Shown: positions 39,120 to 51,788, numbered from the stretch's first letter. The stretch is DNA of 64,000 nucleotides from Octopus vulgaris (GCA_951406725.2 OX597817.1:32674001-32738000); one strand, 5' to 3'. Numbers and translations are program-made. The notes: generated by a model from the letters alone, not told the origin.

Positions 39120-39805
39120 GAATGCAATATTAATGGGTGAAAAAAATTTAGATAGCTGCCCCATATCCTAAACTTATGGAAGACTGGAAACAAACAACCT
39201 TGCTTGTATGACAATGATGCACATTAGCAACCATCATGTGATGTCTAGATAAGGGTAAACACATGCTTGCTTGCTTGCGCACACATGCACACACATGATG
39301 GGCTTCTTTCTGTTTCCTAATCCACTCAAAATGGTTTGGTTGGCATAGGTCTGTACAGTAGAAGGTACTCGCCCAAGATGCCATGTAGTGGAACTGAACC
39401 CAAGATAACATAGTTTTGGGAAACAAACCTCTCAACCACACAACCATGCCTGTACTCAGGGAGCCATTCTGTCTGCACTTAGCTGGGTAAATGATAAAGT
39501 TGAAATTCATTTTTCTTATTGAGGTACTCAACATGTTTTTTGTTGCTCTTTTTATAAACTTTTTTGGTGGATATCGTTTATAGTGTCTTCAGAATTCAAC
39601 AAAAATATCATACACTCACTCCAAAAGAAAAAACAAATCCTTGTTTATTACTCTATTCACTTTGGAAATGGTAAATTGAAAGAGATAAGGAAATTGACCA
39701 AACTAAAACCGTCCTGTTGAAAATTATGATGTTATTCCTAAGCGTGTACCACAAGCAGATCTGGAGATCAAGTTCTTTGGTATAAGTGACAGTGATAATA
39801 ATGCC

Positions 39806-39863
<58 letters not shown>

Positions 39864-40069
39864 AATAATAAAAGGGTAAAATTAATTAATTATTAATTAA
39901 TAATTTTACCAAGTAGTGTTCAGTATGTAAAAAGACCATTTATTTTTCTTATAGTAGAGGAAATAGGTAAAAATTTTTGGCTGCTATTTCTAAAAGTTCG
40001 GTGTGTGGTAAAGTAAATTATTTTACTGAACCCTAATTATATAATGTAATGTTTTATATATATATATAT

Positions 40070-40614
40070 CAGGGACATGCCACCTGGGTAGGCAAGGTAG
40101 GCAGTGCCTACTCTGAAAGAAATAGATTGATAGTAACATTTTCCTCTCATGGCAAAATATGCACCTAATTCAATAAAATTATGAAGGTTTCTCTGATTCA
40201 TCATCATCATCATCATCGTTTAGCGTCCGTTTTCCATGCTAGCATGGGTTGGACGGGTCAACTGGGGTCTGTGAAGCTGGAAGGCTTCGTCAGGCCCAGT
40301 CAGATCTGGCAGTGTTTCTACGGCTGGATGCCCTTCCTAACGCCAACATTATAAAATGAAAAATATATTATTTTGTAGATTAGGTAGGCATAATTCGTCC
40401 CTGCCTTTCAATCTCAGTATCAAAACTATGCATAGTACTGCTGTTGTACACGTTCTGCGTACATTCCTACGTTTTCTTTATGCCATATAAAGGCAGAAGT
40501 AAATCTGTCTCCAACCCAGTTGCATGCCTGTGTTTTGCTTATTTTTTTTGTGTGTTTTACTACATAAATGTCACCAACTGCCTACTCTGAGTAATTACTC
40601 ATGGCATGTGCCTG
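40070..40614. mobile_element. hAT-like MITE containing a family D fragment (40198-40347, minus)
   Basis: 13-bp TIR CAGGGACATGCCA / TGGCATGTGCCTG (1 mismatch) and repeated subterminal TGCCTACTCTGA; sits in a (TA)n tract. Superfamily assignment is tentative. Confidence 0.7.
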
Positions 40615-41053
40615 GTACCAGTGGCACATAAAAGGCACCATTCGAGTGTGATCGTTTCCAGCGTTGCCTTACTGGCACTTGAGCCCCGTGCTAGTAGGGT
40701 GCTAAGAGCACCCTCCGAGCATGATCGTTGCCAGAGCAGCTAACTGGCTTCCATGCCGGTGGCATGCAAAAGGCACCATTCAAGCGTGATTGTTACCAGT
40801 GTCGCCTTACTGGCACCTGTGCCGGTGGCATGTGTAAAAAGATTTGAGTGAGGTCGCTACTAGTACCACCTGACTGGCCCCCGTGCCGGTGGCACGTAAA
40901 AGCACCCACTACACTCTCGGAGTGGTTGGTGTTAAGAAGGGCATCCAGTTGTAGAAAATCTGCCAGTTCAAGATTGGAGCCTGGTGCAGCCATCTGGTCA
41001 AATCGTCGAACCCATGCTAGCATGGAAAGCGGACGTTAAACGATGATGATGAT
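40615..41053 (+). mobile_element. Family D RTE 3' UTR fragment
   Basis: Repeated GGTGGCA...AAAAGGCACC modules ending GGACGTTAAACGATGATGATGAT. Confidence 0.9.
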
Positions 41054-41140
41054 ATATATATATTTAAGTAGGTGAATGAATTATCCTAGCATGGAAAATT
41101 CGTTTGACCGATACCTGGGTAGCAAATTCACGTCAGAAAA

Positions 41141-41184
41141 CATGGTTGAAGAGACCTGTCAAGGGTAGAAACTCCGGGTTCTTG
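41141..41184 (+). ncRNA. Degenerate hammerhead-like motif
   Basis: CATGG-TTGAAGA-GACC(tgtcaag)GGTA-GAAAC-TCCGG-GTT; substitutions in the core and stem II. Confidence 0.4.
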
Positions 41185-41205
41185 TGTGGAAATTTATGTG
41201 TTTTT

Positions 41206-41317
41206 TATATGAATAAATGAAAGAATGGAGTCGAACGAAGATTTTAACAAAATTCCTTTTGTGTTTTGTGTTTTGTTAAAATCTTCGTTCGACTCCATTC
41301 TTTCATTTATTCATATA
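41206..41317. repeat. Perfect 47-bp inverted repeat with an 18-bp spacer
   Basis: 41206-41252 is the exact reverse complement of 41271-41317. Confidence 0.95.
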
Positions 41318-41788
41318 TATATATAAAACCTAATTAGTTTTGACTGTGACTTTATTTTGCCTCGTGACTTATTCAGTAAATGTTGATGATCTTGTTCTTA
41401 AAATTTGTCTTCAAATAACCCCCAAATTAACATTTACACTGGTACAGTTCCACACCATTTTCATTGATATACATTCATTCATCAGTATTCTTACACATTC
41501 ATACATAAATAATAACTATCATTTCATAAATCATTTCATTCATTCATTCATTCATTCACTGGTGTACTTACACATATACGTACATAAATGTTTATATATA
41601 CATGTTAATAGTATTATGATCATAATTTCATGCTCTTTGAGAATGTATATCCTCATTGGATCACACCTTAATATGAATAAAAGCTGGTGTACATTCAACT
41701 AAACATGTACTATATATATATATCTTTCAAAATGTGACTTCGTGTGTACCGTTGGCAATTTTTTTCCCTCTGTCTTCCCTTCTCCTAT

Positions 41789-41823
41789 GTTTCCGACGAA
41801 GAGCTCCGCTCGAAATGTTAAAC
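41789..41823 (+). ncRNA. Hammerhead motif in family J repeat (about 41724-41903), mutated copy
   Basis: GTTT-CCGACGA-A-GAGC(tcc)GCTC-GAAA-TG-TT-AAAC; homologous to 61541-61575. Confidence 0.6.
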
Positions 41824-41903
41824 CCTCCTTCTTTCCTGAGCGTCCAATAATACTATATTTGTTCCATGTCCTCGCGTTGTGTTTTTTTTGTGCTTTCTTG
41901 TTT

Positions 41904-42282
41904 TGGCTGTGTGGTAAGTAAATTGTTTACCAACCACATGGTTCCGGGTTCAGTCCTACTGTGTGGCACCTTGGGCAAGTGTCTTCTGCTATAGCCCCGG
42001 GCCGACCAAAGCCTTGTGAGTGGATTTGGTAGACGGAAACTGAAAGAAGCCAGTCGTATATATATGTATATATATGTATATGTATGTGTGTGTGTGTCTG
42101 TGTTTGTCCCCCTAGCATTGCTTGACAACCGATGCTGGTGTGTTTGCATCACTTAGCGGTTCGGCAAAAGAGACCGATAGAATAAGTACTGGGCTTACAA
42201 AAGAATAAGTCCCGGGGTCGAGTTGCTCGATTAAAGGCGGTGCTCCAGCATACAGTCAAATGACTGAAACAAGTAAAAGAGT
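41904..42282 (+). mobile_element. SINE family A adjoining or inserted in the family J repeat
   Basis: TGGCTGTGTGGTAAG head to AAACAAGTAAAAGAG tail. Confidence 0.92.
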
Positions 42283-43495
42283 ATATATATATATATATAT
42301 ATTATTTTATATATATATTTGTCTACCCTTGCACTCAATGTCACATACAATTCAGGAGTGTTAAAGTTTAGATGATATGACCATAAGTAACAGTTCCTGT
42401 TCTCTTTGCTTCATTTTCTGTTTCTCTTTTGATTTAACTGTTGTTTCTACCCTGCCTCTTTTCGAGAGGATGCTGGCCAGGGTATTTTTCAGTTGTAATG
42501 GTTCTTTTGTCTTTTTTTCCTTTTTGGTTTTACTTGATTTCTAGTCCTCACTTCCTCTACCTTTTATCATTGACTTAATTTTGTTTGACTTTTAATGATT
42601 CAGAGGTCGGCACTTAATTTTTTTTCCTCTTTGTTTTTTCCTTTTTCTTTTTTTAAACCTTAGGATTTTTGTGTATGTTCTTTTGACATATATGTTCTGT
42701 ATCATTGCTATGCTTTCTACCATATACTTAACCTTATCTAATGTTCTACTGCCCTGATAGAGGTTACAGTTATATTTGTATAAATCAACCATTGTATAAT
42801 GCTTACATTTACTGCTAGGTGAGGGGTATTTCCTTTTTATGACACATTGTTTATTTTTATGCATGTCTGACCTTAGAAAATCCTGTCTTGTTAAATAATG
42901 TTTACGAAAGCAATGATATTGTACTAAATATGAGTAAGTTAAATCTCAAGTTCTCCATTCATTTCATAGGGAACTGAATTTAAAGTTTCTGTTTTAAATT
43001 TCCTGTTTTATTTATAGAGAACTGAATTTAAATTTTCTGTTTCCCTGTGCCATGTGAAAAGCACTGGTTCTGGGGCCACATTCAAAGCACTAGTGCCACG
43101 TAAGAAGCACCCAGTACACTCAGTAAAGTGGTTGGTATTAGGAAGGCATCCAGCTGTGGAAACCAAGCCAAAACAGGCAATGGAACCTAGCATGGGCCCT
43201 GGCCTTGTCAGTTCCTGTCAAGCCATTCAATCCATACCAGCATGGAAAACAGATGTTAAATGATGATGATGATGATGATGATGAATGATAGGATAACAAG
43301 AATTGATGGGGAAAATATGTTTACATTGGTGCAGACATGGCTGTGTAGTCAAGAAGTTAACTGCACAACCATGTAATTTCTGGTTTAGTCCTACTGCAGT
43401 CCGCTTTGGGCAAGAATCATTTACTATAGCTGCAGGCCAACAAATGCTTCATGAATAAATTTATGTGGATAGGAACTGTACAGAGCCTATTGTGT

Positions 43496-43910
43496 ACTTA
43501 CTTACTTGTACTTGTGACGGCGTTCACCCAGTGCGGGTTGAGCTGGCTTCTTCTTTGGTCCTAACAGCATCACGAACCATGGCAGCCCACGCTCGACAGT
43601 CCTGTGTGAGGTCACTGGAGATAGCGAGCCATTCGCGGTTCCATCTGCGCAGACTGATCACCTGCGGACCTGATAGTTCGGAGAAGTCCTCCTTTATCGT
43701 CGTTGCCCAGGTCTTCAGCTGTCTGCCCATGCATTTGCACCAGCGTGGGAAGTGGAGGTGGGAGGAGGACATCGCAAATCAGCTCACCCTCTGGACGCTG
43801 GGCCGCATGACCGAACCACCTTAAGCACCGTTGTAAAAGCATCAAAGGGAGGGGCTGGAGATTCAGGCGATGACAAAGACCGGCTGTAGGAACCCAATCA
43901 ATGTGTCAGG
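43496..43910 (-). mobile_element. RTE-clade LINE, 5'-truncated, related to 38676-39119, nested in an A-type SINE
   Basis: 13-bp TSD GAGCCTATTGTGT (43483-43495, 43911-43923); LRWFGHAAQR...KTWATTIKEDF...RRWNREWL; (AAGT)n tail. Confidence 0.93.
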
Positions 43911-44499
43911 GAGCCTATTGTGTGTGTGTGTGTGTGTATATATGTGTGTGTGTGTGGGGGAGGTGCACGTCATCATCATCATTCTTTTACATCCGTTTTC
44001 CATACTGGCATGGCTTGGACAGTCTGACCACAACTGGCATGCAGGAAAGCTGCATCAGGATCCAGTCTATTTTGGTTTAGTTTCTATGGCTGGATGCCCT
44101 TCCTAATGCCAACTACTTTACAGAGTGTACTGGGTGCTTTTACTGTGGTATTAGCATGAATACTTATATGGTGTTGGCCCAGGTGCTTTTTAATTGGCAC
44201 TGGCACAAGGCCCTTACAGGTCAATCCTCTTCATTGGTAGGTGGCAGTGTTAACATTTCTGCTGTGAAGATATGTAAAAGTGCAGGCGTGGCTGTATGGC
44301 TATGAAGTTCACATCCCAACCATGTGTATGTGTGTGTTTGTATGTGCATCTCAACATGTCTTCTTCACATTGACACTGCTTGAGCAGTGGCAACATCTAT
44401 TTATGTCTCCTATAAGCAATATTCTTGGTAGCTTCATGGTTTGACATGCAGAGATGAGAGGCACTAACGGTATTACTTGAAAACTAATGGTTGTTGTTA

Positions 44500-45077
44500 G
44501 AGCTGGCAGAAACGTTAGCATGCCGGGCAAAATGCGTAGCCGTATTTCGTCTAACGTTATGTTCTGAGTTCAAATTTAGCCTAGGTTGACTTTGCCTTTC
44601 ATCCTTTTGGGGTCGATAAATTAAGTACCAGTTATGCACTGGGGCCAATATAATCGACTTAATCCCTTTGTCCTTGTTTGTCCTCTCTGTGTTTAGCCCC
44701 TTGTGGGTAGTAAAGAAATAGGTATTTCGTCCTGCCGCTATGTTCTGAGTTCAAATTCCGCTGAGGTTGACTTTGCCTTTCATCCTTTCAGGGTTGATTA
44801 AATAAGTACCAGTTACGCACTGGGGTCGATATAATCGACTTAATCCCTTTGTCCTCCTCTGTGTTTAGCCCCTTGTGGGTAGTAAAGAAATAGGTATTTC
44901 ATCTGCCGCTATGTTCTGAGTTCAAAATTCCGCCGAGGTCGACTTTGCCTTTCAACCTTTCGGGGTCGATAAATTAAGTACCAGTTACACACTGGGGTTG
45001 ATATAATCGACTTAATCCATTTGTCTGTCCTTGTTTGTCCTCTCTGTGTTTAGCTCCTTGTGGGCAGTAAAGAAATA
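44500..45077 (+). mobile_element. SINE family E head-to-tail trimer
   Basis: One head plus three units of about 172-185 bp (junctions at 44720/44721 and 44892/44893) inside a single TSD GGTTGTTGTTA (44489-44499, 45078-45088). Confidence 0.92.
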
Positions 45078-46353
45078 GGTTGTTGTTAAGAAGGGCATCC
45101 AGTCAAAGAATACCGTCTCAAAATGTCTGTTCATTCCATGCTAGTATGGAAAAATATATGTGAAGCAGTGGTGATTATCATTAAATGCTTTTGCCTTTAA
45201 ATCCTCCTTAAGTAGTGTATTTTTAGTAAGTCTTCATATAAAATTAGAGTTCTAAGAAATATGCTAATAAGATCTTTAAAAATAAATCCAATACCATTAG
45301 GATTGAGAATTAATTGCTTGCTGTTTATTCTTTCTTTCTGTACTATTCATGCAATTGGATTATTATTTTATTAGTTCCATTGGTAATGGCTTGGTTACAT
45401 ATGATCAATTATAGGGCAAAGATCATTATTTGATGACTGTTACAGCATTAACCATTCATTCATTCTCAGTGCTGTAGATCAACAAACTCAGCACTGTTGA
45501 TCAACAAAGTGCTGCTGTGTTTTTTTTTATTGCTTGCTTTATTGTCAAAGGGTTTAAGTCTCTTATGCTATTTAATAAGGCTCAAGCATGCACCTCATAT
45601 GAAATAATTATGCTTTATCCACTTAGCCATTTTGACTCATAATTATGAAATGTTCTTCATTAATGAGTTAATCAGTGGCTTAGATGATAGAATATCTAAT
45701 CTACCTTTTTCATTGATCTCACTTAAATCTGGTACTGGGATCACTTCAGGGTAGTAACTGGGTGCAAGAATTAAAATGCTCATCTGACTGATTGTTAAAT
45801 GTTTTTCTTCCCCCTGGCAAGTAATTTAATTCATTTCATGTTTAATTTTATCTGAGAATTTCTATTTGAAAAAATAAAAAAATGAAAAAAGAAAAAAATT
45901 ATATTGTATTTAAATTTATCATTGATATCTTTTGATCTAAATTGGATGAAATTTATTTGAGAACTATTTTATTTTCAAAGACCAAAATTTCAATTGAATT
46001 AGCTTAATCAAGTTGTTATGTAATTTATCTCTATTTAGCTTGCTTGAAAAGATGATTTTATTGTATCTGAAAATATTGCTATGCTTGTTGCTTAGTTACT
46101 AACTGATAAAGTTTCATCAAGTTATTCTTTTCTTCTTAATGATATTTCCTAACACATTATATTATGCATGGGCTGGAGATGTATTGAATATTGTAACATA
46201 TATACAGTGTTGTGTCAAAAGCTATTCTGATATATCTATTACTTCTGAGGCATAAAGCCAAGTTTTAAGAGACTATTACTGGTATTTATATTTATTGACG
46301 ATAAGAGGACTTGAACTCAGAACGAGGAGGAATGAAACTAAATACTAGTTTAA

Positions 46354-46891
46354 TCCTTTAGCATTTAAACTGGCCATATCCGGCCAGAAGTATTCTGCCT
46401 GTTTTATGTTCAAAGTGGCCAGATCTGGTCTCTCACACCAACCCTGCAATATCGTTTTAAAAATTAACAGCTACATCATCATCATCGTTTAGCATCCGCT
46501 TTCCATGCTGGCATGAGTTGGACGGTGCAACTGGGGTCTGGGAAGCCAGAAGGCTGCACCAGGCCCAGTTTGATCTGGCAATGTTTCTACGGCTGGATGC
46601 CCTTCCTAACGCCAACCACTCCATGAGTGTAGTGGGTGCTTTTTACGTGCCAGACAAGGCTGGCAAGCGGCTACGGTCGGATGGTGCTTTTTACGTGCCA
46701 CCGGCATGGAAGCCAGTCGGGGCGGCGCTGGCAACGGCCACGTTCGGATGGTTCTCTTATGTGCCACCGGCACTGGTATCACAGCTACAATTTCCATTCA
46801 TGTTGATCGATTTTGATTTTTTGATTTGTAGTTCAAAACAATGTAGATGAAGAAGCATTAATTTTGGCAGAATAATGTGAACACCGAAGGG
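46354..46891. mobile_element. piggyBac-type MITE P2 interrupted by a family D fragment (46475-46828, minus)
   Basis: TTAA flanks; both halves are colinear with 23030-23251. Confidence 0.88.
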
Positions 46892-46979
46892 TTAAAGTTC
46901 TACTACCTTGTGTATCTCCATTACCCTTATTCTTATGTTAAGTTTATTTCATTTGATTTTCTGTATTATTTCTCCACAG

Positions 46980-47043
46980 TCTTAGAGACTGTCTTAACCC
47001 ACTTGTTAGTCAAAATGTTCTTTTGGCAACCGTTTTCCTGCGT
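46980..47043 (+). other. Candidate 64-nt exon of an unidentified host gene
   Basis: Pyrimidine-rich acceptor TTATTTCTCCACAG, donor GTGAGT at 47044, open frame LETVLTHLLVKMFFWQPFSC with CAAAATG at 47011-47017. No homology recognised. Confidence 0.3.
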
Positions 47044-48540
47044 GTGAGTTAGAGCTATAACAGATGTGATGTTAACTGAAGAATGGGCACTGTTAACTAT
47101 TTGGGTGTGTATGTGAGAGAGAAAGAAATAGAAACGGGTAAAGCAGCTACATGTATGAATGCATAATGTCAGTAGAGTGGTTCAGTTTATTGTTTTTCCC
47201 TTTCAGACTTAAGGTGTTTGGTTTGAGTAACATTTAAGAAAGAAAACATTTGTTTTAAATTCCTGCAAGTTTGTAGTAAGTTTCTGGATGTAAATAAAGT
47301 TATGCAAGGTGACATCCTTTTTTGATTAGCCTTCATTCCAGTACATTATTCCATTGAAACCTGTCAACAGATATTAGGTTTATGGTTAATGTGTGTACTC
47401 ACCCCACACCTTGTTGATGAACAAAATTATGTGTCTTTTTTCTTTCTTTTTTTGGCTACATGTTCTTATATGTATGCATATGCACAAATATATAGATTTT
47501 ATTAAATACACTTGGTTACAATAATTACTGGGGACACAGATGGAGATAATTAAGATGGAATACAATTATTATTGATCACATTTTCTTATTAATGGAAAAC
47601 AAAATATTGTTGAGAAATATATGCAAGAAGTATATGTTCTCTTGCTACCATTAGAAATAGCTCCATATCTTGCATTTATTAATTATATTTAGCTGCAAAT
47701 TAGGAGAAGAAACCTCAGACTGTCATAAATTAAGCTGCATTTTCCATATTGATATATTCAATTAGTAGTTTTCTGTACTTCCTTATTTGTTTTTTAATCT
47801 AAAAATCTTCCACATAAACATTGCTAAGAATTGTTCACAAATATAAGGAGGTTACTATTGCTTTTAGTTTGACATCTTACTGTGAACCATTATTATTATT
47901 GCTGTCTTCTACAATCTAGAATCTTCATATAAACATGGTAGTTGATTGTCTCTATTGTTATATCCTGTGTTGTTTTTCAAGACAACTTCATTATGGCAGC
48001 TGAGTTCGATAGCTGTTGGCTGACTTTTTACTATCAATAGAATTCATATCTTAAATTAACTTGCGGTTGACATTGGAATCTGTTATTTTCAGACTGTAGT
48101 TATTGTTGTATGTATCAACAGTTAAGTAGGCAGACTTCTGATTGTTCTCTCTTCTTCAGTTTGTAGTAATATAGTAATCAGAAAAATATTTTTCTTGGCC
48201 CATTCATTTATATGAAAGATGGTGGGAGAGGAGGAAATCCAAGCAAGAAAGTTAATCACTTTATATAATAATTGAATAGAAATATTGAGCACTAGTTCAT
48301 CTGTGTCACCTACCATCATAAAAAGGTCTTCGCCAGTTCTTTTCATATTGCTGTTTTATCTCTGTGTTTGAATTAATGAAAGAAACCTCCATCAGAACAG
48401 AGAACTTGCTAGAAACAGCAATAAAATCTCCTGTCAAATCTTACTATGCTATCTTAAAAAATAGAAAGGACACTCCAAACAGTGTAGCCTATGATTAATT
48501 TTCTTTTCCAGTATATTACGATGTTAGAACTTTTGTCTTC

Positions 48541-48750
48541 AAGCTGGCAGAATCGTTAGCATGCTGGGCAAAATGCATAGCAGTATTTCGGCTGTCGCTA
48601 CGTTCTGAGTTCGAATTCCACCAAGGTTGACTTTGCCTTTCATCCTTTCAGGGTCAATAAATTAAGTACCAGTTGAATACTGGGTTCGATGTAATTGACA
48701 CTCCCTCTTCTTCCCAATTTCAGGCCTTGTGCCTATAGAAGAAAAGATTA
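48541..48750 (+). mobile_element. SINE family E
   Basis: AGCTGGCAGAATCGTTAGC head, B box and Meta-like core. Confidence 0.85.
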
Positions 48751-49408
48751 TTTTTGCTCAAATATTTCTCTGGGTATAATATGAAATTATTGTTTGAAAT
48801 ACATTTCTATTTCTTACTTTAAAATAATATAATTGTAATAGGATAGTACAACTATGTAAAAAGTACTGGCGATGGTATCCCACAAAAAGCACTGGTGATG
48901 GTGCTATGCAAGAAGCGCTAACGATGGTACCATGCAGAAAGCACTAGTGATGATGCCACACAAAAAGCACCCAATGCACTCTGTAAAGTGGTTGGTATTA
49001 GGAAGGGCATCCAACTGTACAAATATTTCCAAACAGACTATGAAACTTGGTCCGGCTCCTGGCCTTGCTACATCCTGTCAAACCATCTGACCCATGTCAG
49101 CATGGAAAACAAATATTAGATGATGATGATAGTGATGAATTAGAAATAGAATAGCATCATATATTATTTGTAAAAATGAATAGGAATGGTTTTTCTGATA
49201 ATTTTTTCCACTTTGATAATTAGATGTTTACAACATGTAATTATTAAAGTGGAAAAAAATATCTAATTATTAAAGTGGAAAAAGTTATCTGTAAAGCTAT
49301 TCCTATTAATTATTTTCAAATATATATATATATATATATATATAAACCAGCTTAGAGAAGAAGAAGAAACGAAACGAATCGAATCGATGCGAGGGCGCTC
49401 AGTCATAC

Positions 49409-49545
49409 AATAGTGTAATAAATAAAATATATGCATACATACAAACATATATGTACGTACCTACATCTACATGTATATATACATGTAGATGTAGGTACGT
49501 ACATATATGTTTGTATGTATGCATATATTTTATTTATTACACTAT

Positions 49546-49546
<1 letters not shown>
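49409..49546. repeat. Perfect 138-bp spacerless palindrome between (TA)n tracts
   Basis: Two 69-bp arms, exact reverse complements centred at 49477/49478; the arm resembles 61361-61430 of family J. Confidence 0.95.
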
Positions 49547-49576
<30 letters not shown>

Positions 49577-50204
49577 ATATAATATAATATAATTAATTAT
49601 GAATCTTATTGCTGTTGCCTTTTAAACCATCAAATAAGTCAAATCAACGTGACATATCTGTAACAAAGTTGGACATGTGACTTCTTTGCACTATCTATCT
49701 GATAAGCTTCCTCCAATCCACACAGTTTCTGCCTACCAAATTTTAATTCACATGTCTGTGGAATACTCAACCATTGGCATATCCATTTAACAAGTAGTTG
49801 AGGATTTCTCCTCTTTGAAATGATGAAGTTTTGATGAAGCATTTAGTTGTGCCTGTACATGGTATATATTAATAGATTTGCACATTGAGAGATAAATGAA
49901 TTGACCAGGGATAACAGCCCTCTGTTGGTGATATGATTTGAACTGGTAGCATTTTTCTTATTGATTATTGATTGATTTGTAACTGTTTTTTGTGAATCTG
50001 CTTGTGACAATTCTGTTTCTGGAACAGAAAGAGAATTATTACTTGATGGCTTCATAACGGATATACAAATACAACAATATTTCACTCAACAATCTTCTGC
50101 TTACTATGATGATATTGTTTTGAAATTATGAAAATAAAAATTAATACTTGTGCAAAATAAATGCTAATTTTATAATGATTACTGAAAAAGTTTACTAACC
50201 ACTA

Positions 50205-50482
50205 TCATCATCATCATCGTTTAACGTCCGCTTTCCATGCTAGCATGGATTGGACGATTTGACTGAGGACTGGCGAACCAGATGGCTGCACCAGGCTGCA
50301 ATCTTGATCTGGCAGAGTTTCTACAGCTGGATGCCCTTCCTAATGCTAACCACTCTGAGAGTGTAGTGGGTGCTTTTATGTGCCACCGGCACAGGGGCCA
50401 GTCTGGCGGTACTGGCAACGACCTCACTCAAATCTTTTTACACATGTCACCGGCACAGGTGCCAGTGAGGCGACGCTGGTAA
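50205..50482 (-). mobile_element. Family D RTE 3' UTR fragment
   Basis: (CAT)n-CGTTTAACGTCCGCTTTCCATGC end. Confidence 0.9.
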
Positions 50483-51429
50483 GTAAAGCTTGATATTATG
50501 TACATGACTGACTGTTTGTTCCTTCAGTCATTCAGTTAGTTTGCATATTGATGTTTGTGTGTGTTTACTGTTTCCACAATATCTCTGCTTCTGTTTTGTC
50601 TTAAAACTTTGGCATTATAACATTATAACAAAAATACCTGAAGGAGAAGGTCTAACAGTGGAAACACCTATTTGTTCTTTTATTCTTAAAGGATCTCAAC
50701 AAAGCTTTTTCACATAATTGATAAAGATTTTCAAGTCTCAGTAGTTGAATTTATAACAAAGTAGAAAAGTTACTGCTCATGTAAATATATCTGACCTCTG
50801 CTGACATGTAATTTATATTAAAGAAAGGGAAAGACTGTAATGGAAGTAAGGAACTCTAGATACATTTATAAAGAGAAATCTACTCCTATTCCAAGCGAAT
50901 CAAATAAGAATTGGCAAAGCCACATAGTGATGAATCCAAAACAAACAGCAGGAAAAAAAAAACATGATGTATGAAAAACAAAACAAACGCCAAATAAAAT
51001 CCCTAATAACTTGAGACTTTTGATTGTTTATTATTTGTAAATGATTTTATTTAATCAAATCATTGTTATATCTAAATTGTTTTATTGTTCAATATTTAAC
51101 ACCTAAAAATGTCATGTAGTGAAATGCATCTCAGATGTGGCTGCTTGAATAAGAAGGAGAGAAAAATGTCATGTCAAATATCCTTTACTAGAATGCAGCC
51201 ACTGTTTATAACATTATTTCTCTGTGAATTAGCGCTTCTCCCTTAACAACTTCTCATTTAATCATTGGTCATTTAGAACTAATTGAATTGTATTCCTGTA
51301 TTTATACATATCATAGTTACTCTTGCATAATGCTAACAATACAAAACAAAACATCAGTCAAAACTGGAGGAGGGACACATCATTCATAAATGTTAGAGAG
51401 AGAGAAGAGAGAAGATAATATTGATTTTT

Positions 51430-51788
51430 AGGTGCTCAAAAGTGGGACTGAGGTGCATTACATTTGCAACTGCACTGAATCTGAGTTCAGCATATCACAT
51501 GCTCGCCCAGACTACCAGATGTTATACATTACTGGTTGCAATGCGCTTTGCATCATTTTTAGCTTTCAAATAGTGCCATTTCACTGGCTAGGCAAGCAGC
51601 CTTACATTGCCCCTAATCAGAAAAGCCTGTCCATTACAGAATTGCTTATTTACAGCTAAGTGGATTGGCGCAACATGAACTGAAGTGTTTTGCTCGAGAA
51701 CATGATGCTTGGCTTAGTCTGGGAATCGAACCCATGATTTGATGATTGTGAGTGCAATACCCCTATCCACTAAGCCACACACTTTCAC
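51430..51788 (-). mobile_element. Older tRNA-derived SINE (family G)
   Basis: Similar to 22150-22434; GGGAATCGAACC B box on the reverse strand. Confidence 0.75.
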
